NCBI GenBank assembly: GCA_905236235.1
Contig: CAJOPA010000084.1
Span: 1-57,351 of the forward strand
DNA length: 57,351 nucleotides
Source of the DNA: an uncultured Eubacterium sp.
Lineage (GTDB): Bacteria > Bacillota > Clostridia > Lachnospirales > Lachnospiraceae
Reading direction: 5' to 3'
Below, piece by piece: positions 48,221 to 57,351 of the stretch. The position numbers and the translations under genes were made by a program. How positions within the stretch are numbered: position 1 is the first letter of the stretch; every line of letters begins with the position of its first letter. The notes below the pieces were generated by a model. That model saw only the letters and a list, made by a program, of their open reading frames with translations, had not been told where the DNA came from and did no database searches.

Positions 48221-48865
48221 TTATTCTCCTTTCAAAATATCCTGTAATCCCAGGCGAAATTTTTCTATCAGTTCCGGATTGCGCTTTGCACTGCTTTTCT
48301 CACATTGTATGATCGAAAGGATCTTTTGGGCGCACGCATCCACATCATCATTGACTACAATATAGTCATACGCATCCATCACACGGGTTTCTTCCGCGGC
48401 CTGTTTCATTCTGGCCGTAATCGTCGCATCATCCTCCGTGCCACGGTTTTTTAACCGACGGATCAGCTCTCCGGCATCGGGCGGTGTCATAAACAAAAGC
48501 AAGGTATCCGGATGCTCGGCCTTCACCTTCATGGCACCCTGCGTCTCAATCTCCAAGATCACATTCTGCCCGGCGGCAAGTTTCTCACGGACATAGGAAA
48601 GCGGTGTCCCGTAATAATTGCCGACATACTCCGCGTACTCCAGCAATTCCCCTTGTGCTATCATCTGCTCAAACTGCTCCCTGCTCCGAAAGAAATAGGA
48701 AACACCTTCCTCTTCCCCTTCTCTGGGACTTCTGGTTGTGGCAGATACGGAAAGTGCAAAGTCTTGCGGGTATTTTGCGAGAAGGTGCTTGACCACCGTT
48801 CCCTTACCGCTTCCGGAAAACCCGGAAAGCACGATCAAAATTCCTTTATCTGAAGCCATATTCAC
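48221..48865 (-). CDS. gmk: Guanylate kinase
   Basis: P-loop SGFSGSGKGT, plus TTRSPREGE..GVSYFF. Confidence 0.95.
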   Translation of the reverse strand: MNMASDKGILIVLSGFSGSGKGTVVKHLLAKYPQDFALSVSATTRSPREGEEEGVSYFFRSREQFEQMIAQGELLEYAEYVGNYYGTPLSYVREKLAAGQNVILEIETQGAMKVKAEHPDTLLLFMTPPDAGELIRRLKNRGTEDDATITARMKQAAEETRVMDAYDYIVVNDDVDACAQKILSIIQCEKSSAKRNPELIEKFRLGLQDILKGE

Positions 48866-48871
48866 TCCTGA

Positions 48872-49750
48872 TCACTCTATATTTTGAATCTGTTCCCTGA
48901 CCTTTTCCACATCGGTTTTAAGGAGGATCCCCACATCGGCGATCTCGGCATTGGTTGATTTGGAAAGAATGGTATTGGATTCGCGATTCATCTCCTGTGC
49001 GATAAAATCAAGCTTCCTGCCGATGGCTCCGCCCTTTGTCAGCACATCCTTCATGGAGCGGATATGTGTCCTTAAACGAACCGTTTCCTCATCCACGCAG
49101 ATCTTATCCGCATAGATCACCACCTCGGAGGCGATCCTGTTCTCATCCACGGAAGTATTTTCCAGAAGCTCCTTGACCTTATCCTCGATCCTTCTCCGGT
49201 ACGCTTCAATGATGGCAGGATATTTTTTCTCGATCGTATCCACATAGCCTTCCATATCCGTCAGTTTCCCGATCAGATCATCTTTAAGGGCGCTTCCTTC
49301 CACAGTCCTTGCCTCGACAAACTGATCGATGGCAAGGCGAAGTGCATCAAACAAAGCATCCGTCAGTGCCTCTTCGTTTTCCTTGGTCTCCTCCTGGGTA
49401 ATAACATCGGAAAACATGGAAAGTCTCGAAGCGGAAAGATTCATGGGAAGATCGAATTCCTCGGAAATCTGCTTAATATACTGATAATAGACTTTGGCTA
49501 CGGGAGCGTTGTAACGAATGTCATGCACATCCACGGAAAGATTTTCGCACGAAATATACACATCCACCTTACCGCGAAAGATCTTTTCTTTAAGGATGCT
49601 TCGGATCTTTGCCTCATAAGGATTGCATTTCTTGGGCATTTTAACATTCAGATCCAGATATCTGTGATTGACGCTTTTGATCTCGACACAGATCTTGTAG
49701 TGTTCGTTCGAACATTCTCCACGCCCGAACCCTGTCATACTGCGAATCAT
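48872..49750 (-). CDS. yicC: YicC/YloC-family protein (endoribonuclease)
   Basis: Starts at the internal ATG (MIRSMTGFGRGE). Contains IKSVNHRYLD and the C-terminal REQIQNIE. Confidence 0.88.
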   Translation of the reverse strand: MIRSMTGFGRGECSNEHYKICVEIKSVNHRYLDLNVKMPKKCNPYEAKIRSILKEKIFRGKVDVYISCENLSVDVHDIRYNAPVAKVYYQYIKQISEEFDLPMNLSASRLSMFSDVITQEETKENEEALTDALFDALRLAIDQFVEARTVEGSALKDDLIGKLTDMEGYVDTIEKKYPAIIEAYRRRIEDKVKELLENTSVDENRIASEVVIYADKICVDEETVRLRTHIRSMKDVLTKGGAIGRKLDFIAQEMNRESNTILSKSTNAEIADVGILLKTDVEKVREQIQNIE

Positions 49751-49786
49751 CCGTAGCTCCCTCTTTCTTGTAAAATGAATCACTCT

Positions 49787-49816
49787 ATTATACGCATTTT
49801 GCACGCAGACTGTCAA
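49787..49816 (-). promoter_or_regulatory. Promoter of yicC-gmk-rpoZ
   Basis: Minus strand: TTGACA (49816-49811), an 18-nt spacer, then TATAAT (49792-49787). Confidence 0.6.
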
Positions 49817-49829
49817 TGGAAAAGCGTCG

Positions 49830-49858
49830 TTGTTTTTTCGTCCAAAACCCTTTATAAT
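49830..49858 (+). promoter_or_regulatory. Candidate rqcH promoter (divergent from yicC)
   Basis: TTGTTT (49830-49835), a 17-nt spacer, then TATAAT (49853-49858). Confidence 0.45.
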
Positions 49859-49898
49859 GAGACGAAATCTCTGATAAAAACGGGAAAGGAAGACATGC

Positions 49899-51671
49899 AT
49901 GGCACTCGACGGAATCATGATCAAGGCGTTAAAAAAGGAGCTTTGCCAAACACTCACGGATGCGCGGATCCATAAGATCGCACAACCCCAGCCGGACGAG
50001 CTTTTTATCAGCTTTAAGACAAAGGACAGCATCAAAAAACTCATCCTTTGCGCCAACGCTTCCCTTCCCTATGTGTGTCTGACGGAAGAAAACAAAACAT
50101 CTCCCTTAACCGCACCCAACTTTTGCATGTTCCTGCGCAAGCATATCGGTGGTGGGAAACTGGTGGATATCACCCAGCCGTCCTTGGAAAGGATCCTTTG
50201 CTTTCATATCCAGCATTACAATGAACTGGGTGATCCTTGTCAATTTCAGCTGTATGTAGAGATCATGGGCAAGCACAGCAATATCATCCTGTGCGATGAG
50301 AATGACACGATCCTTAATGCCATCAAGCATATTCCCGCATCATTAAGCTCCGTCCGGGAGGTCCTCCCCCAGCGGAAGTACTTTATCCCCAATACCATGG
50401 ACAAGAAAGATCCGCTCTCATATGCAAAAGACGTGTCGAATGCCTCCGCTTTTGCAGCAGACATTTTGGAAATTGCCAAACCGCTTTATATCGCATTATC
50501 CGATGCGTTTACCGGTTTTGGTCGGGATGTGGGCCAGGAGCTGTGCCACCGCGCCGAGGTGGATGCCGATCGTCCGGCAAATACCTGCACCATCGAGGAA
50601 CAATTACGGCTTTTTACGGTTTTTACGGCTTTTGTGCAGGAGATCCGTAAGGAACAGTTTTGCCCGCATATCGTTTATGATCATGACAAGCCCGTTTCCT
50701 TCGGTGCTTTTTATGAAACGCGTTATTCCAATCTCACGGTTTCAACCGATCTCACGCCTTCCGAGGTGCTGCTTTTGTATTATCAAAAAAGGGCGCACTA
50801 CACCCGCATGCATGAGCAAAATGCGGATCTGCGCAAGATCGTACAGACTTCGCTCGAACGCGCCGTACGCAAATACGATCTGCAGTTAAATCAAATGAAG
50901 GATACGGAAAAACGCGAGAATTATCGCATTTACGGTGAAATCTTAACCGCCTACGGCTACGAAGTGGCCCCGGGCGCAGCAAAGGCGACACTGACCAATT
51001 ACTATACCGACGAGCCTCTGACCATTCCGCTTGATCCCACACTGTCTGCCATCGATAATGCGAAACGTTATTTTGACAAATATGCCAAATGCAAACGCAC
51101 CTATGAAGCATTAACGGAGCAAATGAAGGAAACGTCTTCGGAGATCGAGTATCTGCAATCCGTGCAGACCTCCATTGAACTGGCGACCTCGCCTAAGGAT
51201 CTGTCCGAGATCAAAAAAGAATTGACGCAATCCGGTTACATCCGTTTGCGCTCAACCGAGAAAAAAGGCAAGGCACGCAATGAAAAAAGCGAGCCTTTGC
51301 AATTTGTCTCCTCCGACGGATTTACCATCTATGTCGGAAAAAACAATTATCAAAACGATTATCTCACCTTCCAGCTTGCATCTGCACAGGATTGGTGGTT
51401 TCATGCCAAAAAAATGCCGGGTTCCCACGTGATCGTCAAGACCGAAGGAAAAGAAATGACCGACCGCACCTTTGAGGAAGCCGCCTCTCTGGCAGCCTAT
51501 TTTTCCAAAGGGCAGGCCGATCAAAAAGTGGATATCGACTATCTGAAACGTAAAGATGTCAAGAAACCAAACGGCGCCAAACCGGGTTTTGTCATCTACT
51601 ATACCAATTACTCCATGACCGCGTCACCGGCGGATGCTATGCCTCTTTTAAAGCAAGTATCGCACATATAA
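49899..51671 (+). CDS. rqcH: Ribosome quality control factor RqcH (NFACT/FbpA family)
   Basis: 590 aa. N-terminal NFACT-N (MALDGIMIKALKKEL..ARIHKIAQP), a coiled-coil middle, and NFACT-R (GFTIYVGKNNYQNDYLT..WFHAKKMPGSHVIV). Confidence 0.9.
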   Translation: MALDGIMIKALKKELCQTLTDARIHKIAQPQPDELFISFKTKDSIKKLILCANASLPYVCLTEENKTSPLTAPNFCMFLRKHIGGGKLVDITQPSLERILCFHIQHYNELGDPCQFQLYVEIMGKHSNIILCDENDTILNAIKHIPASLSSVREVLPQRKYFIPNTMDKKDPLSYAKDVSNASAFAADILEIAKPLYIALSDAFTGFGRDVGQELCHRAEVDADRPANTCTIEEQLRLFTVFTAFVQEIRKEQFCPHIVYDHDKPVSFGAFYETRYSNLTVSTDLTPSEVLLLYYQKRAHYTRMHEQNADLRKIVQTSLERAVRKYDLQLNQMKDTEKRENYRIYGEILTAYGYEVAPGAAKATLTNYYTDEPLTIPLDPTLSAIDNAKRYFDKYAKCKRTYEALTEQMKETSSEIEYLQSVQTSIELATSPKDLSEIKKELTQSGYIRLRSTEKKGKARNEKSEPLQFVSSDGFTIYVGKNNYQNDYLTFQLASAQDWWFHAKKMPGSHVIVKTEGKEMTDRTFEEAASLAAYFSKGQADQKVDIDYLKRKDVKKPNGAKPGFVIYYTNYSMTASPADAMPLLKQVSHI

Positions 51672-53112
51672 AATCCCATGTGCGACTGACCGAAGCGACG
51701 GACAGGGTCTCCCGCGTCGTGTGAATATCGCGCATATCCGGGCCGATGGATACGCAATCAAGCCCCGGGATCTTTTCTACGAAAAATCCGCATTCCACGC
51801 CCGCATGAATGGTTTCCGTGATCATATCCTTTCCGTAAAGCTCACGATAGACGCGAAGAAGTCTACTCTGCATGGCGGAATCCTTTTGATACTGCCATCC
51901 CGGATACATGCCGGAAATCTCCGCGAACGCCCCATGTTCCTCACAGATTTTTTCCATATCGGTTAAAAGGTCTTCCTTTTTTTCATCCACACTGCTTCTT
52001 ACGCAGTATTGCAGATGCAAATGCCCTTCCTGTGTGCACATGACACCGAGATTAAGGGAAGTCTCCACCTGCTCCTTTCGATCCTTTTCCATCGCCATCA
52101 CACCGTTGGGCAGGCTTAAGATGAGGGAAACGGCAGGCTGTAAGGCATAAGTTTTGCCGGATGTCTCCTTTGCCTCAAAGACATCCACCACGGCCTCGGG
52201 ATCGGTGTCTTTAAAAGGCGCCATCACTTCCTTCACCGCATCAATGCAAAGATCATAAAAATCATCATACGCACGATCCGTACGCAGGATGGCTTCCGCC
52301 CACACGGGGATAGCGTTTTCTTTTTCACCGCCGTTTAAGGAAATAAGCCCGATTCTATCCTCCTTTTTTGCGATCATCTGCAGGATCTGACAGATCAGCT
52401 GATTGGCATTTCCGCGGTTTTTATGGATCTCCTGTCCGGAATGACCTCCGGTTAAACCCGTCAGACGGATCCCATAAACGTTCCCGCCGTCAAACGCAGC
52501 ATCTATCATCGGGTAATCCGCATCAAAGGTCGCTCCGCCCGCGCAGCCGCACAAAAGATGACCTTCATCCTCCGAATCAAGATTAAGCATCATCTTCGCG
52601 GTAAGATCAAACGGATCCAATCCGCGCACGCCGTCCATCCCCACTTCTTCCTCGGAAGTAATCACGGCCTCAAGCGCCGGATGTTTGATCTCATCGGATG
52701 CAAAAAGCGCAAGGATATACGACACGGCGATCCCGTCATCCCCGCCAAGGGATGTTTTCTCAGCAGAAAGGTCATCGCCTTGAAGTACAAAATCTATGCC
52801 CTCCGAAAGCATGTCCTTCGTACAGTCCGCTTCCTTGACGGCGACCATGTCCATATGTGCCTGTAACAGGATGGGTTCCTCGTCTTCATAACTGACGGAG
52901 GCCGGTTTTTTCATGATCACATTATGATATGCGTCCGTACGCACGTAAAAACCACGCTTATTCGCAAAATCAACGAGATACGCTGCGATCGCCTCCGTAT
53001 GATAGGACGCGTGCGGGATCGCGGAAATCTCGGCAAAATACCGAAATACCTCCTCCGGATGCAAGTCCTTAATGACCGCAAGATTGTGTTTTCTGCATTC
53101 TTCCGTATTCAA
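51637..53112 (-). CDS. pepD: Aminoacyl-histidine dipeptidase PepD (M20C family)
   Basis: 491 aa. Contains FAEISAIPHASYH, LQAHMDMV and SEEEVGMDG. Its 3' end overlaps rqcH by 35 nt. Confidence 0.88.
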   Translation of the reverse strand: MNTEECRKHNLAVIKDLHPEEVFRYFAEISAIPHASYHTEAIAAYLVDFANKRGFYVRTDAYHNVIMKKPASVSYEDEEPILLQAHMDMVAVKEADCTKDMLSEGIDFVLQGDDLSAEKTSLGGDDGIAVSYILALFASDEIKHPALEAVITSEEEVGMDGVRGLDPFDLTAKMMLNLDSEDEGHLLCGCAGGATFDADYPMIDAAFDGGNVYGIRLTGLTGGHSGQEIHKNRGNANQLICQILQMIAKKEDRIGLISLNGGEKENAIPVWAEAILRTDRAYDDFYDLCIDAVKEVMAPFKDTDPEAVVDVFEAKETSGKTYALQPAVSLILSLPNGVMAMEKDRKEQVETSLNLGVMCTQEGHLHLQYCVRSSVDEKKEDLLTDMEKICEEHGAFAEISGMYPGWQYQKDSAMQSRLLRVYRELYGKDMITETIHAGVECGFFVEKIPGLDCVSIGPDMRDIHTTRETLSVASVSRTWDFICAILALKEA

Positions 53113-53133
53113 GCAGATTCCTCCTTTATCCTC

Positions 53134-55191
53134 TTATAACGTAAACTGTCCGATCTTATCCCCGATCATCGCTCTTAGATTAGCATGCTCCGGTTCCGTA
53201 AGTTCCGGATCCGTGCGCAGGATCTCCAATGCATCCTTGGAGGCTGCGGTCAAAAGATCCTTGTCACGATAGATATCCCCGATCTTAAACACAAAGTCAC
53301 CGCTCTGCCGCAATCCGAAATAATCTCCCGGTCCGCGCAGCCGCAGATCCTCCTCCGCGATGAAAAATCCGTCATTGGAATGATTCAGTACCTCGAGTCT
53401 CTTTTGCGCCTCATCGTCTCCGGCGGTTTTGATAAAAATGCAATAGGATTGCGCATCTCCGCGACCCACGCGTCCGCGCAACTGATGTAACTGCGCCAGT
53501 CCAAACCTCTGTGCATCCTCCACCATCATCACGGTGGCATTGGGGACGTTGATTCCTACCTCGATCACGGTGGTGGAGACCAGGATATCCAGATCATGGG
53601 CGGCAAATGCCTGCATGATCTCGTCTTTTTGCGAGGGCTTCATCCGGCCGTGAAGGAAACCGACCCTTGCCCGATCACCAAACCATTCCGTAAGACGATC
53701 GGCATAATCGATCACGTTTTCAAGCTCCGGATCGCCAATCTCGGCATCCTCCGCGTTTTCCACCATGGGGCAGATCACATAGACCTGGTGTCCGGCCACG
53801 ATCTCTTTTTCCATATGCTTATACGCCGCCGGCCGGCCTTCCTTTCCGACAACGCAATTCTTAATGGGCAGACGGTTCTTCGGAACCTCATCCAAAATAC
53901 TGATATCCAAATCTCCGTACAGGATCATGCCCAGCGTTCTCGGAATGGGCGTCGCACTCATAACGAGCACATGCGGCCGGATGCCTTTATCGGAAAACCT
54001 GGTGCGCTGCGCCACGCCGAAACGATGCTGCTCGTCCGTGATCACAAGGCCGAGATTGCAATATTCCACCTGCTCCTCGATAAGCGCATGCGTGCCTACG
54101 ATCAAGGCCTTCGGGTTCTTTGCGATCTCTTCTCTGGCTTTTCTTTTTTCGGAGGCTTTCATGCCTCCCGTCAGACAGATCGCGGAAAAATCCGGCGCAT
54201 GTTGTGAAAGAAAGTCTTTAAGACTTGAAAAATGTTGATAAGCCAAAACCTCCGTAGGCGCCATGAGCGCACTCTGGTAACCGTTTTCGGCAAACCGAAG
54301 CATCATTAAAAAAGCCAGGATCGTTTTACCGCTTCCCACATCACCCTGCAAAAGGCGATGCATCACATGTTCACCCGTCACGGCTTCGTTCATCTCGCGT
54401 AAAGCATTGCTTTGTGCATTCGTTAAGGAATACCCCAAATGCTCAGCGGCGTGCTGCTGCATTGCATTGCAAGATAGATTGAAGTCGTTGACAAGACGCC
54501 CCGTATGTTCCTTTTGCACTTTCATGCAAAGAATGAATTCCAAGAATTCCTCATAGGCCATACGACTCCTTGCTTCCTTTGCCTCTGCAAAATCCTTCGG
54601 GAAATGAATGGCATACAGCGCATCCAATTTTTGCGGTAATTTGTATTTTTTAAGAAAAGCGCCGGGTAGGTTCTCCCGTACAAAATCCTGACGGGCAAAC
54701 ACCTGCTTTACGGTCTTGATCACCGTAGCGTTTGAAAGACCGGCCGTCAAATCATAAATGGGAAGCAGTCCCGCACGAAGAGCTTCATATTGTGGTATGG
54801 TGAATACTTTGGGCTGTTCCATCTGTAGGATCTGTCCGTTCATTTTGCATTTTCCGTAGAAAACAAACGTACTACCGACCCGCAGGGTCTTTGCCAGATA
54901 CACCGAACGAAACCACACGAAATGCACCGCTTCACCGCCGCATACCCCGTCACAGGTAACGATATCCATTTTCCTTGTGCGCTTTACAAGCGGCTGTTTT
55001 ACAATCCTTGCCAAGATCGCAACGGTCCCTTCCTCTCTCGGGAGGTTTTCACGGACTTCGGGATATTGCAGGTAGGTGCGCGGAAAATAAAGGAGCATAT
55101 CCTCAAAAGAATATACTCCCAGTTTTTGAAAAAGATGATACGTCTTCTCGCCGATTCCTTTGATTTCCAGAAGAGAAGCGTCTTTATTCAT
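53134..55191 (-). CDS. recG: ATP-dependent DNA helicase RecG
   Basis: 685 aa. Wedge-domain N-terminus, helicase motif I GDVGSGKT, DEQH box ITDEQHRFG, and motif VI QLRGRVGRG. Confidence 0.96.
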   Translation of the reverse strand: MNKDASLLEIKGIGEKTYHLFQKLGVYSFEDMLLYFPRTYLQYPEVRENLPREEGTVAILARIVKQPLVKRTRKMDIVTCDGVCGGEAVHFVWFRSVYLAKTLRVGSTFVFYGKCKMNGQILQMEQPKVFTIPQYEALRAGLLPIYDLTAGLSNATVIKTVKQVFARQDFVRENLPGAFLKKYKLPQKLDALYAIHFPKDFAEAKEARSRMAYEEFLEFILCMKVQKEHTGRLVNDFNLSCNAMQQHAAEHLGYSLTNAQSNALREMNEAVTGEHVMHRLLQGDVGSGKTILAFLMMLRFAENGYQSALMAPTEVLAYQHFSSLKDFLSQHAPDFSAICLTGGMKASEKRKAREEIAKNPKALIVGTHALIEEQVEYCNLGLVITDEQHRFGVAQRTRFSDKGIRPHVLVMSATPIPRTLGMILYGDLDISILDEVPKNRLPIKNCVVGKEGRPAAYKHMEKEIVAGHQVYVICPMVENAEDAEIGDPELENVIDYADRLTEWFGDRARVGFLHGRMKPSQKDEIMQAFAAHDLDILVSTTVIEVGINVPNATVMMVEDAQRFGLAQLHQLRGRVGRGDAQSYCIFIKTAGDDEAQKRLEVLNHSNDGFFIAEEDLRLRGPGDYFGLRQSGDFVFKIGDIYRDKDLLTAASKDALEILRTDPELTEPEHANLRAMIGDKIGQFTL

Positions 55192-55208
55192 ATCTTTCTC
55201 CGATCCGT

Positions 55209-56864
55209 TTATTCCACCGATACAATATAGTAATACACCGGCTGTCCGCCGTAATGCAACTCGATCTCACAATCCGGATAACGGATCTCGATCTCATCCG
55301 CTATGGCCTTGGCCTCTTCCTCCGGGGTCTCCTCACCGTAGTAGATACTGATGATCTCGGGATCGTTCTCCGCCATCTTGGCGATCATGGTTACAACGAC
55401 ATCCTGCTTGATATCGCCCACGGCAAGCAGTCCCTGATCTCCGATGGCCATGATCTGCCCGTCTTTGATCTCGGTACCCTCAATGGTCGTATCTCTGACC
55501 GCATACGTCACCTGACCGGTCTTCACAGCCCCCAGATCATCCTTCATATGCGCGGTATTTTCCTCTACGCCGATGTCTTCGTTGAAATTGATCAGCGCAT
55601 TGATACCCTGCGGAATATTGGCGGTAGGGATCACCACCAGATGTTTGTCCTCACAAAGGGCAGCCGCCTGCTCCGATGCCAGGATAATGTTCTTATTGTT
55701 AGGGAGGACGAAAATATTTCGGGCCGGAACCTTCTGTACGGCATTCAAGATATCCTCCGTACTGGGGTTCATCGTCTGTCCGCCGGTGATCACCTCATCC
55801 GTGCCAAGCTCCTTAAAGATGGCAGCCAGACCTTCTCCGGCGCATACGCTGACAAAGCCGTACTCCTTCCACTGTGAAGGATCGCTTGCGACCGCTTCTT
55901 CCTGCGCCTTAGTATCACCCTCTGCGGCAGATCCGTCATCTTCCGCTTTGTTTACAGCGGAAACATCCTTCAGATTGGACACCTCGACATTGTACATAAC
56001 ACCGTAGGAAACCGCTTCCTCAAGCACGCTTCCCGGATGATCGGTACTCACCGAGATATTGCCTTCCTGCTTGCGGAAAGTAAAATCCTCCACCTTGCCG
56101 TACTCCTCTAGCTTCCCACGAAATGCATTTAATTTACGTTCGGGAAAATCCTCGTTCAATGCCAGGGTCATCTGCACATGGTATGCAAAAACAGGCGCAG
56201 CCATTTTTTGCGCTTCCTCTTCCTTTAAGGCATCATAATCAATCTCTTTGCCAAGAGCCGCATCATACGCACCCTTTAAGAAATCCAAAAGACCGGTACC
56301 GCCGGAATCCACAACGCCGGCTTCCTTTAATACGGGAAGAAGCTCCGGCGTCCTCTCTAAGGAAACTTCCGCTTCTTTTAAAACGATCTCACCGAAGACA
56401 ACCAGATCGTCCACTTCGCCCGCTATCTCTTTGGCCTTCTCCGCCGTGCATCTGGCAACGGTCAGAATGGTGCCCTCCTTCGGCTTCATAACCGCCTTAT
56501 ATGCCGTCTCTACGGCGCGTTCAAAAGCAACGCACATAAGCGGCACGTCGATTGCATCCTGATCCTGCACTGCCTTGGTAAAACCACGCAAAAGCTGGGA
56601 AAGGATAACACCGGAATTGCCCCTGGCACCGCGCAGGGATCCGGAAGAGATCGCCTTACACAGCGGCTTCATGGAGACATCCGCAAGACCGTTTACTTCA
56701 TTGACCGCAGACTGGATGGTCATGGTCATATTCGTACCGGTATCCCCGTCGGGCACGGGAAATACGTTTAATTCATTGATGTATTCCTTATGTATCTCTA
56801 AATTCTTCGCTCCGGCAATAAACATCTTTTGAAGCAATGCCGCATCGATGGTCTTTAATTCCAC
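55209..56864 (-). CDS. DAK2-domain protein, YloV-like
   Basis: 551 aa. Contains the Dak2 N-terminus LNVFPVPDGDTGTNM and a C-terminal DegV-like or uncharacterised domain. Conserved position next to the Asp23 gene. Confidence 0.88.
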   Translation of the reverse strand: MELKTIDAALLQKMFIAGAKNLEIHKEYINELNVFPVPDGDTGTNMTMTIQSAVNEVNGLADVSMKPLCKAISSGSLRGARGNSGVILSQLLRGFTKAVQDQDAIDVPLMCVAFERAVETAYKAVMKPKEGTILTVARCTAEKAKEIAGEVDDLVVFGEIVLKEAEVSLERTPELLPVLKEAGVVDSGGTGLLDFLKGAYDAALGKEIDYDALKEEEAQKMAAPVFAYHVQMTLALNEDFPERKLNAFRGKLEEYGKVEDFTFRKQEGNISVSTDHPGSVLEEAVSYGVMYNVEVSNLKDVSAVNKAEDDGSAAEGDTKAQEEAVASDPSQWKEYGFVSVCAGEGLAAIFKELGTDEVITGGQTMNPSTEDILNAVQKVPARNIFVLPNNKNIILASEQAAALCEDKHLVVIPTANIPQGINALINFNEDIGVEENTAHMKDDLGAVKTGQVTYAVRDTTIEGTEIKDGQIMAIGDQGLLAVGDIKQDVVVTMIAKMAENDPEIISIYYGEETPEEEAKAIADEIEIRYPDCEIELHYGGQPVYYYIVSVE

Positions 56865-56881
56865 AATCCTATCCTCCGTCT

Positions 56882-57244
56882 TCAGTCAATCACCCGTACG
56901 CTCTCCACGTAAACATTGATCTTGGAAAGCGTAAGTCCGGTGAACTCCTCAACTTTATATTTTACGGTGTCCACAAGATTATCCGTAACGGTCTGGATGT
57001 TCACACCGTATGCAATGATCACATGAAAATCAATGGAAATCGTGTCATCTTCCATCCTCACATTGATCCCGCGCGTGATCTTTTCTTTTTTTAATAATTT
57101 AACGATACCGTCCTTCATGCTGATGGCGCCGAGTCCCACGATGCCAAAGCACTCTACGGCAACGCTGCCCGCATAGGTGGCAACCACCTCCGAGCTGATG
57201 GCAATCTTACCATTACCGGTATTCATGATCGTCTTCATATGCAC
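56882..57244 (-). CDS. Asp23/Gls24-family alkaline shock protein, YloU-like
   Basis: 120 aa. Contains KIAISSEVVATYAGSVAVECFGIVG. Confidence 0.88.
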   Translation of the reverse strand: MHMKTIMNTGNGKIAISSEVVATYAGSVAVECFGIVGLGAISMKDGIVKLLKKEKITRGINVRMEDDTISIDFHVIIAYGVNIQTVTDNLVDTVKYKVEEFTGLTLSKINVYVESVRVID

Positions 57245-57351
57245 AACCTCCGTTTATAAATAGAAATCTCAATCAGGTCTCAGGTTCATGATCGCATAAT
57301 AATGAATTATAACCTTTTTTAACAAAAAAGAAAACCCATAAAAGATGTAAG

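Noticed and set aside
49751-50056. 102-residue N-terminal extension of the yicC ORF
   Set aside because: It would cover both divergent promoters and the rqcH start. YicC proteins start MxxSMTGFG, which is the internal ATG at 49750.
53596-54207. 203-aa + strand ORF inside recG
   Set aside because: It is an antisense shadow of recG helicase motifs I-III, with no start context.
55254-55877. 207-aa + strand ORF inside the DAK2-domain gene
   Set aside because: It is an antisense shadow ORF. The same applies to 55573-56007 and 56123-56562.

Overview
This 57.4-kb window is a densely packed chromosomal segment whose gene content and synteny match a Bacillota (Firmicutes) genome, probably Clostridia/Lachnospiraceae-like. 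That placement is an inference from the Prp-L27 processing module, SepF/YlmE, RecU, RqcH, YloU/YloV and the mreBCD-PBP2-rodA-mgsA order. I call 58 protein-coding genes. Genes 1-20 are all on the + strand: two flavoproteins, mutS-mutL-miaA-ynbB, mreBCD-pbp2-rodA-mgsA-DD-carboxypeptidase, an unassigned two-gene module, ylmE-sepF-lspA-rluD, and an XerS-like recombinase. They converge at about 23.3 kb on a block in which 36 of 38 genes are on the - strand. That block holds ygiQ-plsC-like-acyltransferase, a YneA-like LysM gene divergent from lexA, rsfS-yqeK-nadD-yhbY-obg-rpmA-prp-rplU, rng plus a radical-SAM pair, hisZGDB-IE, recU, coaD-rsmD, pgsA-rimO-rpoZ-gmk-yicC, rqcH, pepD, recG, and yloV-yloU-like genes. 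I see no rRNA, tRNA, CRISPR array, transposase, prophage or recognisable defence genes, and every intergenic gap is 204 nt or shorter. The window is therefore mostly core housekeeping DNA, and I cannot point to a clear-cut novel multi-gene system. The best leads are: (1) a promoter-equipped pair encoding a minimal P-loop protein and a membrane-fusion-like protein between the elongasome and division genes; (2) an XerS-like single recombinase with an adjacent 11-6-11 imperfect palindrome, next to the point where gene orientation converges (a candidate terminus/dif region); (3) a YneA-like LysM gene under a LexA-box-flanked consensus promoter; (4) a degenerate HisF-like barrel fused to HisIE in a his cluster lacking hisC/H/A/F; (5) a perfect 12-bp-arm palindrome over the his promoter; and (6) marked GATC over-representation across the window. 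All product calls come from by-eye motif recognition in the supplied translations. No database search was run.
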